Positions 19,502-29,478 of a DNA stretch of 64,000 nucleotides are shown piece after piece. Location: positions 1-64,000 of IMG/VR virus record IMGVR_UViG_3300025133_000052; one strand, given 5' to 3'. Position numbers and translations under genes: made by a program. The stretch is from a virus. Below the pieces are notes generated by a model. That model worked only from the letters and a program-made list of their open reading frames with translations. It made no database searches and was not told the origin of the DNA. Each line of letters opens with the position of its first letter. Position 1 is the first letter of the stretch.

Positions 19502-20119
19502 TTATTTGCTTTCTTTAATAATATCAGTTATGATACTGTTAATTTTTGCATATTTGTTGTTTTGTATTTTTTTGCTTTTATCAGTACCTTCATTTACTGG
19601 TGATAAAAAAGCTCCTTGAGTAGATGGATTCGAAACAAAATCAAATGCAATTAATTCAAAGTCAGGTTGTACCTGTACAGTATCTTCTCCGTTATCTTCA
19701 TGAATCTCTTTTACACTTCCTAATCCCCTAGATGATATACCTAATTTTATACCAGCTTTAAATAGTTCTTTGAGTATATTACCTGCAGGTGTGGACAGTA
19801 CCTCAACAACTCCTACTAAATCGTTCCCTTTCCAGTCCATTGAAACTACATTGTGAGATACGTTACCTAGATTCACTACTGACGATTCAGGATGATCAAG
19901 TTCTCCGAGAGCTCTTCTTTCTTTAATTTGAGTATCTGAATATTTAGCTGCTTCTCGCTGCAGCGTTTTCATAGGATATACCCGATTGTTGTGATTTTTA
20001 GCTTCTGCCCTTTGTAGAACACCTCGCACAATTAACTTACCATTTTTAGCTAATGATTCATTAATTTGTTCGGGCGAAACTTCAAATGGAATGTAATCTA
20101 CTAATAGTTGTTTATTCAT
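19502..20119 (-). CDS. Prohead core protease (T4 gp21-like); likely start at ATG 20119
   Basis: NNRVYP, ALGELDHP, VSH, LGISSRGLGS, FDFVSNPST. The longer start in the ORF track is non-ATG and overlaps the upstream small gene. Confidence 0.92.
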   Translation of the reverse strand: MNKQLLVDYIPFEVSPEQINESLAKNGKLIVRGVLQRAEAKNHNNRVYPMKTLQREAAKYSDTQIKERRALGELDHPESSVVNLGNVSHNVVSMDWKGNDLVGVVEVLSTPAGNILKELFKAGIKLGISSRGLGSVKEIHEDNGEDTVQVQPDFELIAFDFVSNPSTQGAFLSPVNEGTDKSKKIQNNKYAKINSIITDIIKESK

Positions 20120-20132
20120 ATTAATTATCCTT

Positions 20133-20294
20133 TTAAACCCAGGTTCCTTTTTTCTTGTAAAGATCAAATAAGATATAAGCTACTTCATTACGAATTAAAG
20201 ACCTAATTTTATCTAAATCCTTAATACTTAAATCCTCGTCGACTCTTTTATCGTATTCACCTTTAATTATATTTATGATTTCTTCCCTTAACAC
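20133..20294 (-). CDS. Small hypothetical protein (53 aa), below the ORF-track cutoff
   Basis: GTG start; MLREEIINIIKGEYDKRVDEDLSIKDLDKIRSLIRNEVAYILFDLYKKKGTWV*; fills the gap between two genes. Confidence 0.65.
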   Translation of the reverse strand: MLREEIINIIKGEYDKRVDEDLSIKDLDKIRSLIRNEVAYILFDLYKKKGTWV

Positions 20295-20295
20295 T

Positions 20296-20793
20296 TTAGC
20301 TTCCTAAATATTTAAGTTTATTAGAAATCCTAACCATTTTTTCAGAAATCTTTAACATCTTACTTTTTGTAGATTTCCAGTACTGACTCGAATTTACACC
20401 TGTTTCAGTTTTTAGTTTAATATTTCTGTTAATTGTTTTTTCTATTTCGTATAACTTTCGATTTACCTCAGATATAGATTTATTTACTTTTTGTTTAGAT
20501 GTAAATGAATCATCGGATTTATATTCCTTGTAAGTAATCTCGTTAAGGTGCATCATGGATATAATTTGTTTGTATGTACTCATTTTTACCTCATCTATAT
20601 CTTTAACAACGGTATACCCTGTACTGTCAGTAGCAGACTTCATACGTTTCTTTTTACCTTTTTTTGATTTACCTGTAAATGCATTCGGTGTATTATATCC
20701 TGCTACATTTCCTGTAACATTCATTTCCTCTATATCATCAGCTGATTCGAGTTCCTTTAACTTATTTTCTATGTCCTTATTTAATGTCTTCAT
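20296..20793 (-). CDS. Hypothetical head-module protein
   Basis: Lys-rich ORF with EEMNVTGNVAGYNTPNAF, between portal and protease. Confidence 0.7.
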   Translation of the reverse strand: MKTLNKDIENKLKELESADDIEEMNVTGNVAGYNTPNAFTGKSKKGKKKRMKSATDSTGYTVVKDIDEVKMSTYKQIISMMHLNEITYKEYKSDDSFTSKQKVNKSISEVNRKLYEIEKTINRNIKLKTETGVNSSQYWKSTKSKMLKISEKMVRISNKLKYLGS

Positions 20794-20803
20794 CTAGGTT
20801 TAA

Positions 20804-21124
20804 TTAAAATCCGTTTTGACGTTTCAGGACGTAAATTGCTTTATTCCCGCTTTCAACTATTTTTGAAGGAGATAATTCATATAGTTGACCGACGGTTAAA
20901 TGTGCTATATTAATTGATCCGCCACTCGATAATGTAATTGTTCCAGCAGCTGCAGCATCACTTTTAATAACGGCTCCGTACCCGTAATTTGATCCTGTAA
21001 AATTTACTGTAGTATTTTGGACCGTAATTGATTGGAAATACTTACCTGGGTCACCTAATCTATCGAAATCATTCCCGTTTTCTTGTCCGGCATAACTCCA
21101 GCCTGGTTTTGGATTTGCAGCCAT
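20804..21124 (-). CDS. Hypothetical small beta-rich virion protein
   Basis: Clean ORF in the head operon. Confidence 0.65.
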   Translation of the reverse strand: MAANPKPGWSYAGQENGNDFDRLGDPGKYFQSITVQNTTVNFTGSNYGYGAVIKSDAAAAGTITLSSGGSINIAHLTVGQLYELSPSKIVESGNKAIYVLKRQNGF

Positions 21125-21125
21125 A

Positions 21126-21980
21126 TTATTTATCTAAGTTTTTTAGTTCTTTAATTAATTCATAATATCTTAATAAGCCAAGAATATGTGAATCTTTAAC
21201 TGTTCTTATTTTACTAAAATTATTAGTTAAATTAGATACTTCATTTAATTTAATTTTAACTACCTTATCACTTACCTTTTTAGATAATTTAATTATTTCT
21301 TTATTTAGTAATTTAGATTCCTTTTGAACATAGTCCTTTAAGGTAGTTGTATTGGATATATTATTAATATATTCCTTAAGCAAAGCTTTTTGTTTTCTGT
21401 TTAAGCCTGTGTACTTACCGTTAAATCTATCTACCAATATTTTATAAGATAATAGCCTTAAGTCCTTATCTGCCTTTGTGTAAGATTCTAAAGCTTTTTG
21501 TTTGTCTACTTCTTTAATTGGTTTATTTGTAATATGTTCTAATATTGTAAATTTACAGTTAACAGTCTCTGTTGGATTTTCGTGAGAGCTATATTCAAAT
21601 ATTTTAAAGATAGAAGCTGATTCTTTATAATCACGTACACGAGTTTTAAAAAAATCTTCTAAATCAAAACTATGCTTAATATCCTTAATTAGCTCATACT
21701 TAGCTTTGGTTAATCTTTTACTGTCAATACGTTTTCTAGCTTTAACAACCTCTTCGACTAATTTATCGGCCTTAGATTGATTATTAAAATTAGTATCTAA
21801 CAGGGCTTTATATAAATCTAATTCTTTTGTTAAAATAGAAGTTTTATTAAAGTGTTTTTTTATAATCTCTAATACTGTTAATTCACTTGTATTATTGAGA
21901 GTATCAGAAGTAAGTTGTCTTACTAATAACTCAAATAACACCCCTGTATTCTTAAATTTTGAGTGACGGAGTTTCTTCAT
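21126..21980 (-). CDS. Hypothetical helical protein downstream of the portal
   Basis: Basic helical 284 aa (HSKFKNTGVLFELLVRQ); ATATTTAT motif at 22026-22033. Confidence 0.75.
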   Translation of the reverse strand: MKKLRHSKFKNTGVLFELLVRQLTSDTLNNTSELTVLEIIKKHFNKTSILTKELDLYKALLDTNFNNQSKADKLVEEVVKARKRIDSKRLTKAKYELIKDIKHSFDLEDFFKTRVRDYKESASIFKIFEYSSHENPTETVNCKFTILEHITNKPIKEVDKQKALESYTKADKDLRLLSYKILVDRFNGKYTGLNRKQKALLKEYINNISNTTTLKDYVQKESKLLNKEIIKLSKKVSDKVVKIKLNEVSNLTNNFSKIRTVKDSHILGLLRYYELIKELKNLDK

Positions 21981-22059
21981 TTTTTACTGTGTCCAATTTT
22001 TTTAAAATATATACTTATTTCCTATATAAATATATAGAAAAACAACAATCCATTATTTA

Positions 22060-23931
22060 TTAATCAATTAATCTATCTTCATCTAAAAGTGTACCAGTAT
22101 CTGTATTAGATTTTTTATTAGTTAAGGTTTCTTGAATTACCTTTTTACTTTTAAACCGGCTTTTTAATACCTTTAATAAATCCTTAACATCATTATTTAC
22201 CTCACTGGTACTTTCCATAGCTAATGGACTATTTTTCTTAAAATTATGCTTAATTGATCTATCTACATTAAATGTTTTTGACAAATCTTTTTTACCTAAT
22301 GGATCTAATCCCCGCGAGTGTTTTTGTGAACCGTACTTTGTATGTTCTTTTGGTCTGCCTGCTCCGGGCCAGCCATCATCGGGCATTTCCTCGTCATTTA
22401 AAGGCGTGTTAAGTTTATTAGATACGTGCATAGATGCAATATCATGTGCAGTTCCGTACGATTCATTTGTTACGGCTGGATCATTTCCTTCACTTTCAAT
22501 TTGTTCTTTTCTGAATGTTTGTTTAGCGTCTTCAATAACTCCAATTTGTTGTTTGTGCCATTCATCCTTAGACATATTAAATATATTTTCGTACATCCAT
22601 TCCTCTGAAACCATCTTTAAATCCTTCATGGATGATATTAAGCTCACCTTTTCGTTAAGGAGATTTATTTTTTCTTGTTCATATATTATTGATGGATTTG
22701 TTAACTGTAACTTAAAATTAATTAAATCGTCATCAGTGTATCCTTGAGAAAATAAATGTACTACTGCTATTTTATATAATTCAGATAATGTAATTTTTTG
22801 TATACGCTCTATTGTTCGTGCAAACCTAACATCTTCTGCAGCCAATGTAGCTTTTCCTTCGACTTGCTCGTCATACCCCAAGAATGCTTTCGGCACCTTT
22901 AGCGCCGCCATCATTTTGTTTTTCAAATATTCAATATCATCGATACCACCGAACTCCATTCCATTTAAGGTATCAATTTCAGTACCACTTTGACCACCAC
23001 GAACAGGAAGGTAATAATCCTCCAACATATTCATCATATTGAACTTTAAATTATATTCCCCAGTAGCGTTATCTACGTAAGGAATTTTTTTCATTTTATT
23101 CATAATTTGTTGCATGTAACTGTCAACTTCACCAGGTGCGATATTACCAATGTCCACTTTAAAGATCCTTCTTTCAGGAGCTCTCATGATTCTATGGATC
23201 AACATTGCATCTTCCATTAACGTTAATTGTTTCCATGTCTTTCTAGCAGGCTCGATCATCGCTTTACCGTACGGTAAGAAATTAGAGTCATTTAATAATC
23301 TAAAGTGAGCTACTTCAAAATTCTCCAATTCTGTTTTACCCATTTCTGATTCATAAAAGAATTTTACTTCATATGGTTTTTCTGGGTCTAGTCCTTCAAT
23401 TCTTTGAACCTCATATGCAGACATAGGGACTACATTTACGATACCTACTCCTTCTTGTATATCTAATTTAAGGTACATATCTCCGTATTTACACATATTA
23501 CGGATCCAGGGCCAAAGGTTAAATTCAATATTAAGTATATCGTAAAATAAATTATGCAGCAATTTTCTGATATCTTCATTATCAGAAACTACACGCAATA
23601 CATCTCCTTCATCATTTTTTAATGTACACTCATCACTATATATGTCAAGCGCAGATGCTAATATTGGATCAGTATCCATTGCTTCGTAATCAGAATATAA
23701 TTCTAATTTAGATGAATAATAATTGTATTGTTGATTGTATGAACCCCACTGACCCTTTACCCCGTGTAACCGACTGTATCGATCATTGTACGAACTTTTA
23801 CCGTAAACATTACCAGAAGATTGTAAATGATCAGTGTCAACTACGTAACTCTTACCCTTTCCGATCCTTCTTACTATTACGTTATTTGAAAATAGTCGTT
23901 GTAATCTGTTAAAAAATGATTTATCTGCCAT
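22060..23931 (-). CDS. Portal protein (T4 gp20-like)
   Basis: QLTLMEDAMLIHRIMRAPERRIFKVDIGN, MLEDYYLP.RGG..GTEI.TL, ALKVPK, EDVRFARTIERIQ. Confidence 0.95.
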   Translation of the reverse strand: MADKSFFNRLQRLFSNNVIVRRIGKGKSYVVDTDHLQSSGNVYGKSSYNDRYSRLHGVKGQWGSYNQQYNYYSSKLELYSDYEAMDTDPILASALDIYSDECTLKNDEGDVLRVVSDNEDIRKLLHNLFYDILNIEFNLWPWIRNMCKYGDMYLKLDIQEGVGIVNVVPMSAYEVQRIEGLDPEKPYEVKFFYESEMGKTELENFEVAHFRLLNDSNFLPYGKAMIEPARKTWKQLTLMEDAMLIHRIMRAPERRIFKVDIGNIAPGEVDSYMQQIMNKMKKIPYVDNATGEYNLKFNMMNMLEDYYLPVRGGQSGTEIDTLNGMEFGGIDDIEYLKNKMMAALKVPKAFLGYDEQVEGKATLAAEDVRFARTIERIQKITLSELYKIAVVHLFSQGYTDDDLINFKLQLTNPSIIYEQEKINLLNEKVSLISSMKDLKMVSEEWMYENIFNMSKDEWHKQQIGVIEDAKQTFRKEQIESEGNDPAVTNESYGTAHDIASMHVSNKLNTPLNDEEMPDDGWPGAGRPKEHTKYGSQKHSRGLDPLGKKDLSKTFNVDRSIKHNFKKNSPLAMESTSEVNNDVKDLLKVLKSRFKSKKVIQETLTNKKSNTDTGTLLDEDRLID

Positions 23932-23998
23932 AACTCTTTATCTTGTGTATAATATAAATATCATGTAAATATATAAAAAATAATTGAAAAAAACAAAT

Positions 23999-25180
23999 TT
24001 AAATTAACCAAGTTAGGTCTTCATCACCTCCTTTAGTCTTCATACTCCATCCAGATTCCTTTCGTGTACTACCTGGTGTGTACGCTCCTTGGTACTTTCC
24101 GAAATGTCCAAGTGTTCGTTTATTTAGTTCAATACCCTCTTGTCTTAGTCTCAATGCTGTGTCTCTGACCCACAGAGCGATTGAAAAGCTCATTACTAGG
24201 TCATCGTGATATCCTACCTGTGCTTCTGGTCTGTTTCCTTTCCACACAAATACGTACAGTTCATCTAGTAGTCGCTTTGATTTAATTATTGGTGTTTTTT
24301 CTCTCATCATAGTATCAAGCTTAGATATAATGAGTGGTCGTGTTCTCGATGTTGTTGAAAACCCTGGTACCATTTGTGATTTATCTTTTAGATCGTAACC
24401 TTTACTTAACTGTGACTGTACATCTACTACTGATAAATCTTTAGCTGTGTAAAATAAGTTACTGTAGTCCCTATCTATCGCGGGTTGGATGGCCGCCCAT
24501 CCCACGTTAGAGTTCTCTATAACTAATAGTGCGTCGTTATATTCTGTAGCTGCGTTAACTAACATATTTCCGTAATCCTTGGTACCAATTTTTCCCTTAT
24601 ATTCTGCTACTTGTGTTAGACTTTCTACATCTATGATATGGAATGCAGAATAGTCACCTCCGTCTCCTCGCGCTACATCAGCTACTACAATATAATTTTT
24701 TGTGTAATCAGCTGGTTCCCATATCCAGTAATTACCGTCAAATCCTCTCTTTTCAATTGGATCACAACAATATGTCTCTTCGTACCATTTTAATATAGCT
24801 CCCTCTACAACTGAGTGACCGGATGTGATGAAATCGCAGTTATGTGATACAATACCATCTACATTAAATATATTGCCATTTTCAACCTGAACTACATCAT
24901 ATAACTTTATATTGTTCTTTATACGTTCGATTGATTTAATTAAAATATCTTGATTATTGGTTGAGTCTAATTTACATCCAATATATAATTCATTTGGATG
25001 TATTTTTATACCGTCCAACATAAATGGATGATCGTCAGAGCATTTTATTAGTGTACCGTTACTTAATGTAATGACCACGTGACTGGGTTTTTCCAATTTA
25101 CGAATACCATGGAATTTTTGGAACCCACTTGGTGTTAATATTTCATATTTACTATTAACTTTCAACTCCATATCACACAC
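23999..25180 (-). CDS. terL: Terminase large subunit C-terminal part: split-intein C fragment (about 114 aa) plus nuclease domain
   Basis: Intein blocks ILTPSGF, CSDDHPF (block B), LYDV...VSHN|C; followed by the TerL nuclease motifs VADVARG.GGDYSAF, IENSNVG, HDDLVMS. Confidence 0.9.
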   Translation of the reverse strand: MCDMELKVNSKYEILTPSGFQKFHGIRKLEKPSHVVITLSNGTLIKCSDDHPFMLDGIKIHPNELYIGCKLDSTNNQDILIKSIERIKNNIKLYDVVQVENGNIFNVDGIVSHNCDFITSGHSVVEGAILKWYEETYCCDPIEKRGFDGNYWIWEPADYTKNYIVVADVARGDGGDYSAFHIIDVESLTQVAEYKGKIGTKDYGNMLVNAATEYNDALLVIENSNVGWAAIQPAIDRDYSNLFYTAKDLSVVDVQSQLSKGYDLKDKSQMVPGFSTTSRTRPLIISKLDTMMREKTPIIKSKRLLDELYVFVWKGNRPEAQVGYHDDLVMSFSIALWVRDTALRLRQEGIELNKRTLGHFGKYQGAYTPGSTRKESGWSMKTKGGDEDLTWLI

Positions 25181-25904
25181 TAATTCTTATGAATTTACAA
25201 TTTAAAAAATCCTCTATTTCTTTTTGTCTTTGAATATCTCTATCCTTTAGCGTACCGTCAACGTTGTAATGATGTTTTTCATCTATTTCTAGCACAGTAT
25301 TTTTTTCATGGTCATATGCATCTACAAAATACCCAAGTACTTGATATTCTCCATTATTTTCTGCATGTTGAAAATTATACCCGTGTTTTTTCTCATACTG
25401 CTTTATGATTGGGATTGAAGATTTATTGTATCTAGGAACGCACGCCCCTTTTGCGCTTTTAATATACTCCAAAGTACTTTGTCGCATTTTTAGTTTAGTT
25501 TCCTGGGTATGTGGTTTACCTAGTTGGTTTCGTTTATAATCTGGACAATGTCTACAATATTTAGTAAAATTATATTTTCTACCACATGAACATTTCAATT
25601 TTTCTATATCCCCATTATATTGAACTATAAACAGAATCCTATATCTAAAACTATATTGACCTTTATATGAATTTTGATTCTTTATTGTTTTTTCTAATAT
25701 ACTTGAATGTTTATATATTGATTTATATAATCTTGGATTTTCCTTTATTATTGTTCTATTTTTAGCTTTACCAAATAAAATTTTATAATAATTATCCAAT
25801 TGCAATATCTGCTTAGTTTCATTAAACGTATATAGATCATTTATTTGATCTAATTTTTCTTGGATTTTAATATACCCCTGTTTAACATAATTACAATCTT
25901 CCAT
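25173..25904 (-). mobile_element. Free-standing homing endonuclease (Cys cluster + NUMOD3-like + Vsr/EDxHD-like nuclease)
   Basis: CSCG..YCRHC, GKPHTQETKLKMRQS (NUMOD3-like), GYFVDAYD...LEIDEKHH...RDIQRQKEI; overlaps both terL halves. Confidence 0.8.
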
Positions 25905-26721
25905 ACAAATCCTCTAAATTAATATCTTTAATTTTCCCAGTAACAATATCTCGGATAGTGACAAATGCATCACCCCACAGACAATCACACTCCTGAGCTG
26001 CGAATTTAGGTCCCAGTAACTCATCTTGCTTATCCCTCCATTCTTGATCTCTTTCTGGATGTAATGACCAGTGAAGTTTGATTGGGTTGAATTGCCCTCC
26101 GGCCATTGCATCGGTCCAGGATTTGTGAAAAAAGTTACCTACACCGTTTGGTGTTGAAAGTATAATGGCCTTACCACCCGTCGCTAATGTTTGTTGAGAT
26201 GAAGCCCATATCTCTTCGATTCTATCTACAAAAGCAGCCTCATCTATTATAAGTAATGAAAGTGCTTCTGAACGGCCTGCATCTCCTCCGGATGATATCG
26301 CCTTGATTTGTGAACCATTTGCAAATCTTAATGATAATTTATTATCTTCAACTGACTTACCCTTTAACCAGCTAGGTAAATTGTCGTGCATAACCCTTAC
26401 CTTTGTTACAAGATTTTTAGCTACTTCCTGTTTTGTTGCTATTACAAGTATATTTTTATCTTCCCCAAACACCATTGTCCATAACGAATACCCAGCTGAT
26501 AGTGTTGATATCCCTAATTGTCTAGATTTTAATATTATATTATAATCGTGGTGCTTCAAAGCGTCTAGGGTTTTTTCCTGGAAATCGTATAGATTAAAAT
26601 TAATTTTTCCTTTTGTTGGATGTTGAATCATACAGTACTTGCGCATAAAGTACACAGGGTCCTTTGCACACTTACGAAATTCATCTTTAATTATATCTTT
26701 TATTGATTTACTAGTGGCCAT
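25891..26721 (-). CDS. terL: Terminase large subunit N-terminal ATPase part plus a 30-aa split-intein N fragment
   Basis: LYDFQ, KSRQLGIST (Walker A), LLIIDEAAF (Walker B), STPNG, then AQECD|CLWGDAFVTIRD...NLEDLY (intein block A). Confidence 0.92.
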   Translation of the reverse strand: MATSKSIKDIIKDEFRKCAKDPVYFMRKYCMIQHPTKGKINFNLYDFQEKTLDALKHHDYNIILKSRQLGISTLSAGYSLWTMVFGEDKNILVIATKQEVAKNLVTKVRVMHDNLPSWLKGKSVEDNKLSLRFANGSQIKAISSGGDAGRSEALSLLIIDEAAFVDRIEEIWASSQQTLATGGKAIILSTPNGVGNFFHKSWTDAMAGGQFNPIKLHWSLHPERDQEWRDKQDELLGPKFAAQECDCLWGDAFVTIRDIVTGKIKDINLEDLYGRL

Positions 26722-26722
26722 G

Positions 26723-27121
26723 TTATCTTACGTTCTTAACTACCCAGCTACTTCCGAATATTGTTGCTGCGCCACCAATAAAGTAAATTATTTTTGATTC
26801 GTACCATTTTGGTCTTGTGTTTTCAATGTGATCTAGATAAAGATCTATATTTCTTTCTAGTAAATGTATTTGACGGTCGTACGCGTAAAATGTCATTGTA
26901 TCCATATTTAACATGACATCTTGTTTTGTTATAATAGTTTCAAGCGTTACAATCTTGTACTCTAAGGAACTTATTACTGTATCCTGCTTAGTGATCTTCT
27001 CCTTGTATTTAGAGATTAATTCTAATTTTAAAGAATCAACTATTTCAAGTGAGTCGCAATTAATTTGTGATGTTCCTGTAATAAAACTAAATACTAATAG
27101 TAACGATAACCATATTTTCAT
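26723..27121 (-). CDS. Secreted/membrane coiled-coil protein, spanin candidate
   Basis: N-terminal signal peptide, coiled coil and C-terminal hydrophobic segment. Confidence 0.45.
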   Translation of the reverse strand: MKIWLSLLLVFSFITGTSQINCDSLEIVDSLKLELISKYKEKITKQDTVISSLEYKIVTLETIITKQDVMLNMDTMTFYAYDRQIHLLERNIDLYLDHIENTRPKWYESKIIYFIGGAATIFGSSWVVKNVR

Positions 27122-27129
27122 AACACATA

Positions 27130-27453
27130 TTATTTAATACCTAATTTTGCTTCTAAGTCTGCTATTTGATCATCAACGGCTTTAACTGCTTTTTTAGCGT
27201 CTTTAACTTTTTTAGTTCTACCGTCAAGCGTTTCTTTTAATTTATTTACTTCAGCTTCAAGATGACTTCTGTCTGTTTTTATATCCTTTAACTGTTTTTT
27301 AAGTAATTCAACCTCTCTATTGTTCCCTGCTTCTTCCCGGTCAATTTCAACGTGCTTTTTTCTCTTACTTACGTTAAGTAGAAATATTGCCCCTAAAATG
27401 GTCCCGATTCCTGCAAAAATATAAACAAGAGTATCTTTTATTTTCTTAAACAT
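27130..27453 (-). CDS. N-anchored membrane coiled-coil protein, i-spanin candidate
   Basis: Single N-terminal TM helix (LVYIFAGIGTILGAIFLL) followed by a long coiled coil. Confidence 0.5.
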   Translation of the reverse strand: MFKKIKDTLVYIFAGIGTILGAIFLLNVSKRKKHVEIDREEAGNNREVELLKKQLKDIKTDRSHLEAEVNKLKETLDGRTKKVKDAKKAVKAVDDQIADLEAKLGIK

Positions 27454-27491
27454 ATTATTGACTCAATATTATTTTATATATAAATATGTAG

Positions 27492-27929
27492 CTACAACCA
27501 ATTTACTGGTACCCCTGTTGTAGAGTTTACTGCTATACCGGTTCTGAACCATGCATGTATTATATTTGCGAAGCTTTGCATAACCTGCTGCTTGGTTCCA
27601 CCGTTTTGACCTAACTGTAATGCTGGTGTAATAATTGGTGGTGATGGTGGTGGTGTAGCAGTAAATGCAGGAGCCATTCCTAAACCTAGCGTTGTAGCGT
27701 ATGCTGTTAAGGCTTGTGGGAGAATTATATTAAATGCTCCAGGTGCACCTATACCTAGTAGTGTTGTTTGTAGTGTTCCTAATGCAACCTGTGAAGTTAT
27801 TGATAATGGCAGTATTGAACTAGCATATGTATTAATAGCGTTTGCCCACTCTCCTGCAGCTGCTGCTACATTATCTGTAGGCTCCATTTGTACTAATGCT
27901 TGTTGTAACGTGCTTTTTACTAATGGCAT
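27492..27929 (-). CDS. Hypothetical protein
   Basis: Ala/Pro-rich 145-aa ORF in operon context. Confidence 0.65.
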   Translation of the reverse strand: MPLVKSTLQQALVQMEPTDNVAAAAGEWANAINTYASSILPLSITSQVALGTLQTTLLGIGAPGAFNIILPQALTAYATTLGLGMAPAFTATPPPSPPIITPALQLGQNGGTKQQVMQSFANIIHAWFRTGIAVNSTTGVPVNWL

Positions 27930-27932
27930 TTA

Positions 27933-28256
27933 TTATTCGTCTTCAAGTTCGACTGGCTCGTTCATAATAGCTGCAGTGTAAGCTCTTTCGGCTTTTGCTA
28001 TTTTAGAATTTAATGCTCCAACCTCCTTGTGTAAAGAAATTAACTCAGGTTTCATTTTTTGTTTATCTGCAGGATTAGCATTTTTGAATTTACCAACAAT
28101 TTTTTTCTGCTTTTTTAAAAGCTCTTGTCGTTGATATAATAAAGCTTGATATTCCTCTACTGATTTTTTGAATTTTTTTGATACTTTAAATTCCTGTAGT
28201 ACCTTTTCTATTTCATCTTTAATTAAAGACTTAAACTCCTGTAACTTGTTTTCCAT
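27933..28256 (-). CDS. Hypothetical coiled-coil protein
   Basis: ORF with an LIKDEIEKVLQE N-terminus. Confidence 0.65.
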   Translation of the reverse strand: MENKLQEFKSLIKDEIEKVLQEFKVSKKFKKSVEEYQALLYQRQELLKKQKKIVGKFKNANPADKQKMKPELISLHKEVGALNSKIAKAERAYTAAIMNEPVELEDE

Positions 28257-28277
28257 TTTTATTTTTACTTCTTATTA

Positions 28278-28661
28278 TTATTCGTCAAAAAATAACATTT
28301 TTGCTACTAATGCAATAATAGATGAATATACAAGCCAGATTGCCTTTGTTACATTTCGCTTCCAGTCATTTAAATCATCTACATCGTTCTTTATATCATT
28401 TATCTTAGGTACGAAAGCTTTTCTTTCGTTTTCGTGATCCCTTACTATTTCAATATTACGATTTAATTTTACAATTACCCCATCTTCTGGTGAAAAAAGC
28501 TTTTTTCTTATATGAGATAAATCATCTCTCATATCCTTTTGATGGTCATTTATCCTTTCAATCTTTTCTTGAATGATCTTTAGCTCCCCATTTGGGAGTT
28601 TCTTTTTCATCTCCTCTAAAGTTTCAAGAACTTTCCTAAAATCCTTTTCTCCTACCGGCAT
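28278..28661 (-). CDS. Coiled-coil protein with a C-terminal TM helix (holin-like)
   Basis: AIWLVYSSIIALVAKMLFF at the C-terminus. Confidence 0.5.
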   Translation of the reverse strand: MPVGEKDFRKVLETLEEMKKKLPNGELKIIQEKIERINDHQKDMRDDLSHIRKKLFSPEDGVIVKLNRNIEIVRDHENERKAFVPKINDIKNDVDDLNDWKRNVTKAIWLVYSSIIALVAKMLFFDE

Positions 28662-28667
28662 ATCAAT

Positions 28668-28880
28668 TTACTCTTTTTTTGGTTCGGATGGCCTTGATGT
28701 TTCTCCCCAAATATAACCTAGTACTGGTACTGATCCTGCACTGTAGTATGCTGCTAATTCAGTTAAACTAGCTTCAAATACAATTGCTACAATACCTAAT
28801 ACAAACCAAATTCCTATCATTATATAGGCTAAAGTTTGTCTTTTACTTTTCGTAAATAAATTATTCATTACTTTCTCCAC
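28668..28880 (-). CDS. Small two-TM membrane protein (holin candidate)
   Basis: Two hydrophobic segments and a charged C-terminal tail (ETSRPSEPKKE). Confidence 0.5.
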   Translation of the reverse strand: MEKVMNNLFTKSKRQTLAYIMIGIWFVLGIVAIVFEASLTELAAYYSAGSVPVLGYIWGETSRPSEPKKE

Positions 28881-29478
28881 TACTCTTTAATTTACTTAAA
28901 AAATCTGTTTTAAACTTTTCGAATCCTTCCTCGATCTGTTTTTTAATATCACCTTTATTTGCATCTCCATTCCATTTTTCAATAGAACCATCTTTGTTTA
29001 CAAATTCTGTTTTTTCTAATTCACGTAAAACACCATCTTTATCCTTTTCAGCTGATTTCATCCATGATAATGCATTTTCGTATATCTTTCCCTGTTCGTA
29101 TTTTTTCCAAGCTTCAGGTCCTTGAATTTTAATCTTATGTTCCATGTCTATGACACAATCTAAACATTTACCGTGTACCCTCTTCATCTTAAGATCAGCT
29201 CGACTAGGACTAGAACAAGTACATATCTCTTTAGTACAATTAGGAAACGATACTAAATATTTTCTTAAAGTATCCATCTTACCGTGTTTTACTTTAAACC
29301 CGTTTTTTTGTTCCCATTTATACCCTTGATCATCAAACCAGGTATCACCTACCTCTTTATGTTCCGTTACCTTATCGTATCCAACACTAGATTTGGTTTG
29401 AAATTTATGTGTACCATCTAACATCTGTTTGACGGCCTTAACATTTTGTAATTTGCTATTTGCTTTACTTTTAGCCAT
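28861..29478 (-). CDS. Hypothetical protein with a Cys cluster
   Basis: VGDTW.D..G..WEQKNG; C....C.C...CLDC; ATATTTAT motif at 29499-29506. Confidence 0.7.
   Translation of the reverse strand: MAKSKANSKLQNVKAVKQMLDGTHKFQTKSSVGYDKVTEHKEVGDTWFDDQGYKWEQKNGFKVKHGKMDTLRKYLVSFPNCTKEICTCSSPSRADLKMKRVHGKCLDCVIDMEHKIKIQGPEAWKKYEQGKIYENALSWMKSAEKDKDGVLRELEKTEFVNKDGSIEKWNGDANKGDIKKQIEEGFEKFKTDFLSKLKSSGESNE

Noticed and set aside
20120-20167. Extended N-terminus of the prohead protease given in the ORF track
   Set aside because: It uses a non-ATG start and overlaps the 53-aa gene at 20133-20294; ATG 20119 fits better.
25173-25904. Group I intron interpretation of the terL interruption
   Set aside because: Both flanks carry clear intein blocks (Cys start, SHN|C end), and the ORFs overlap with no room for a ribozyme core.
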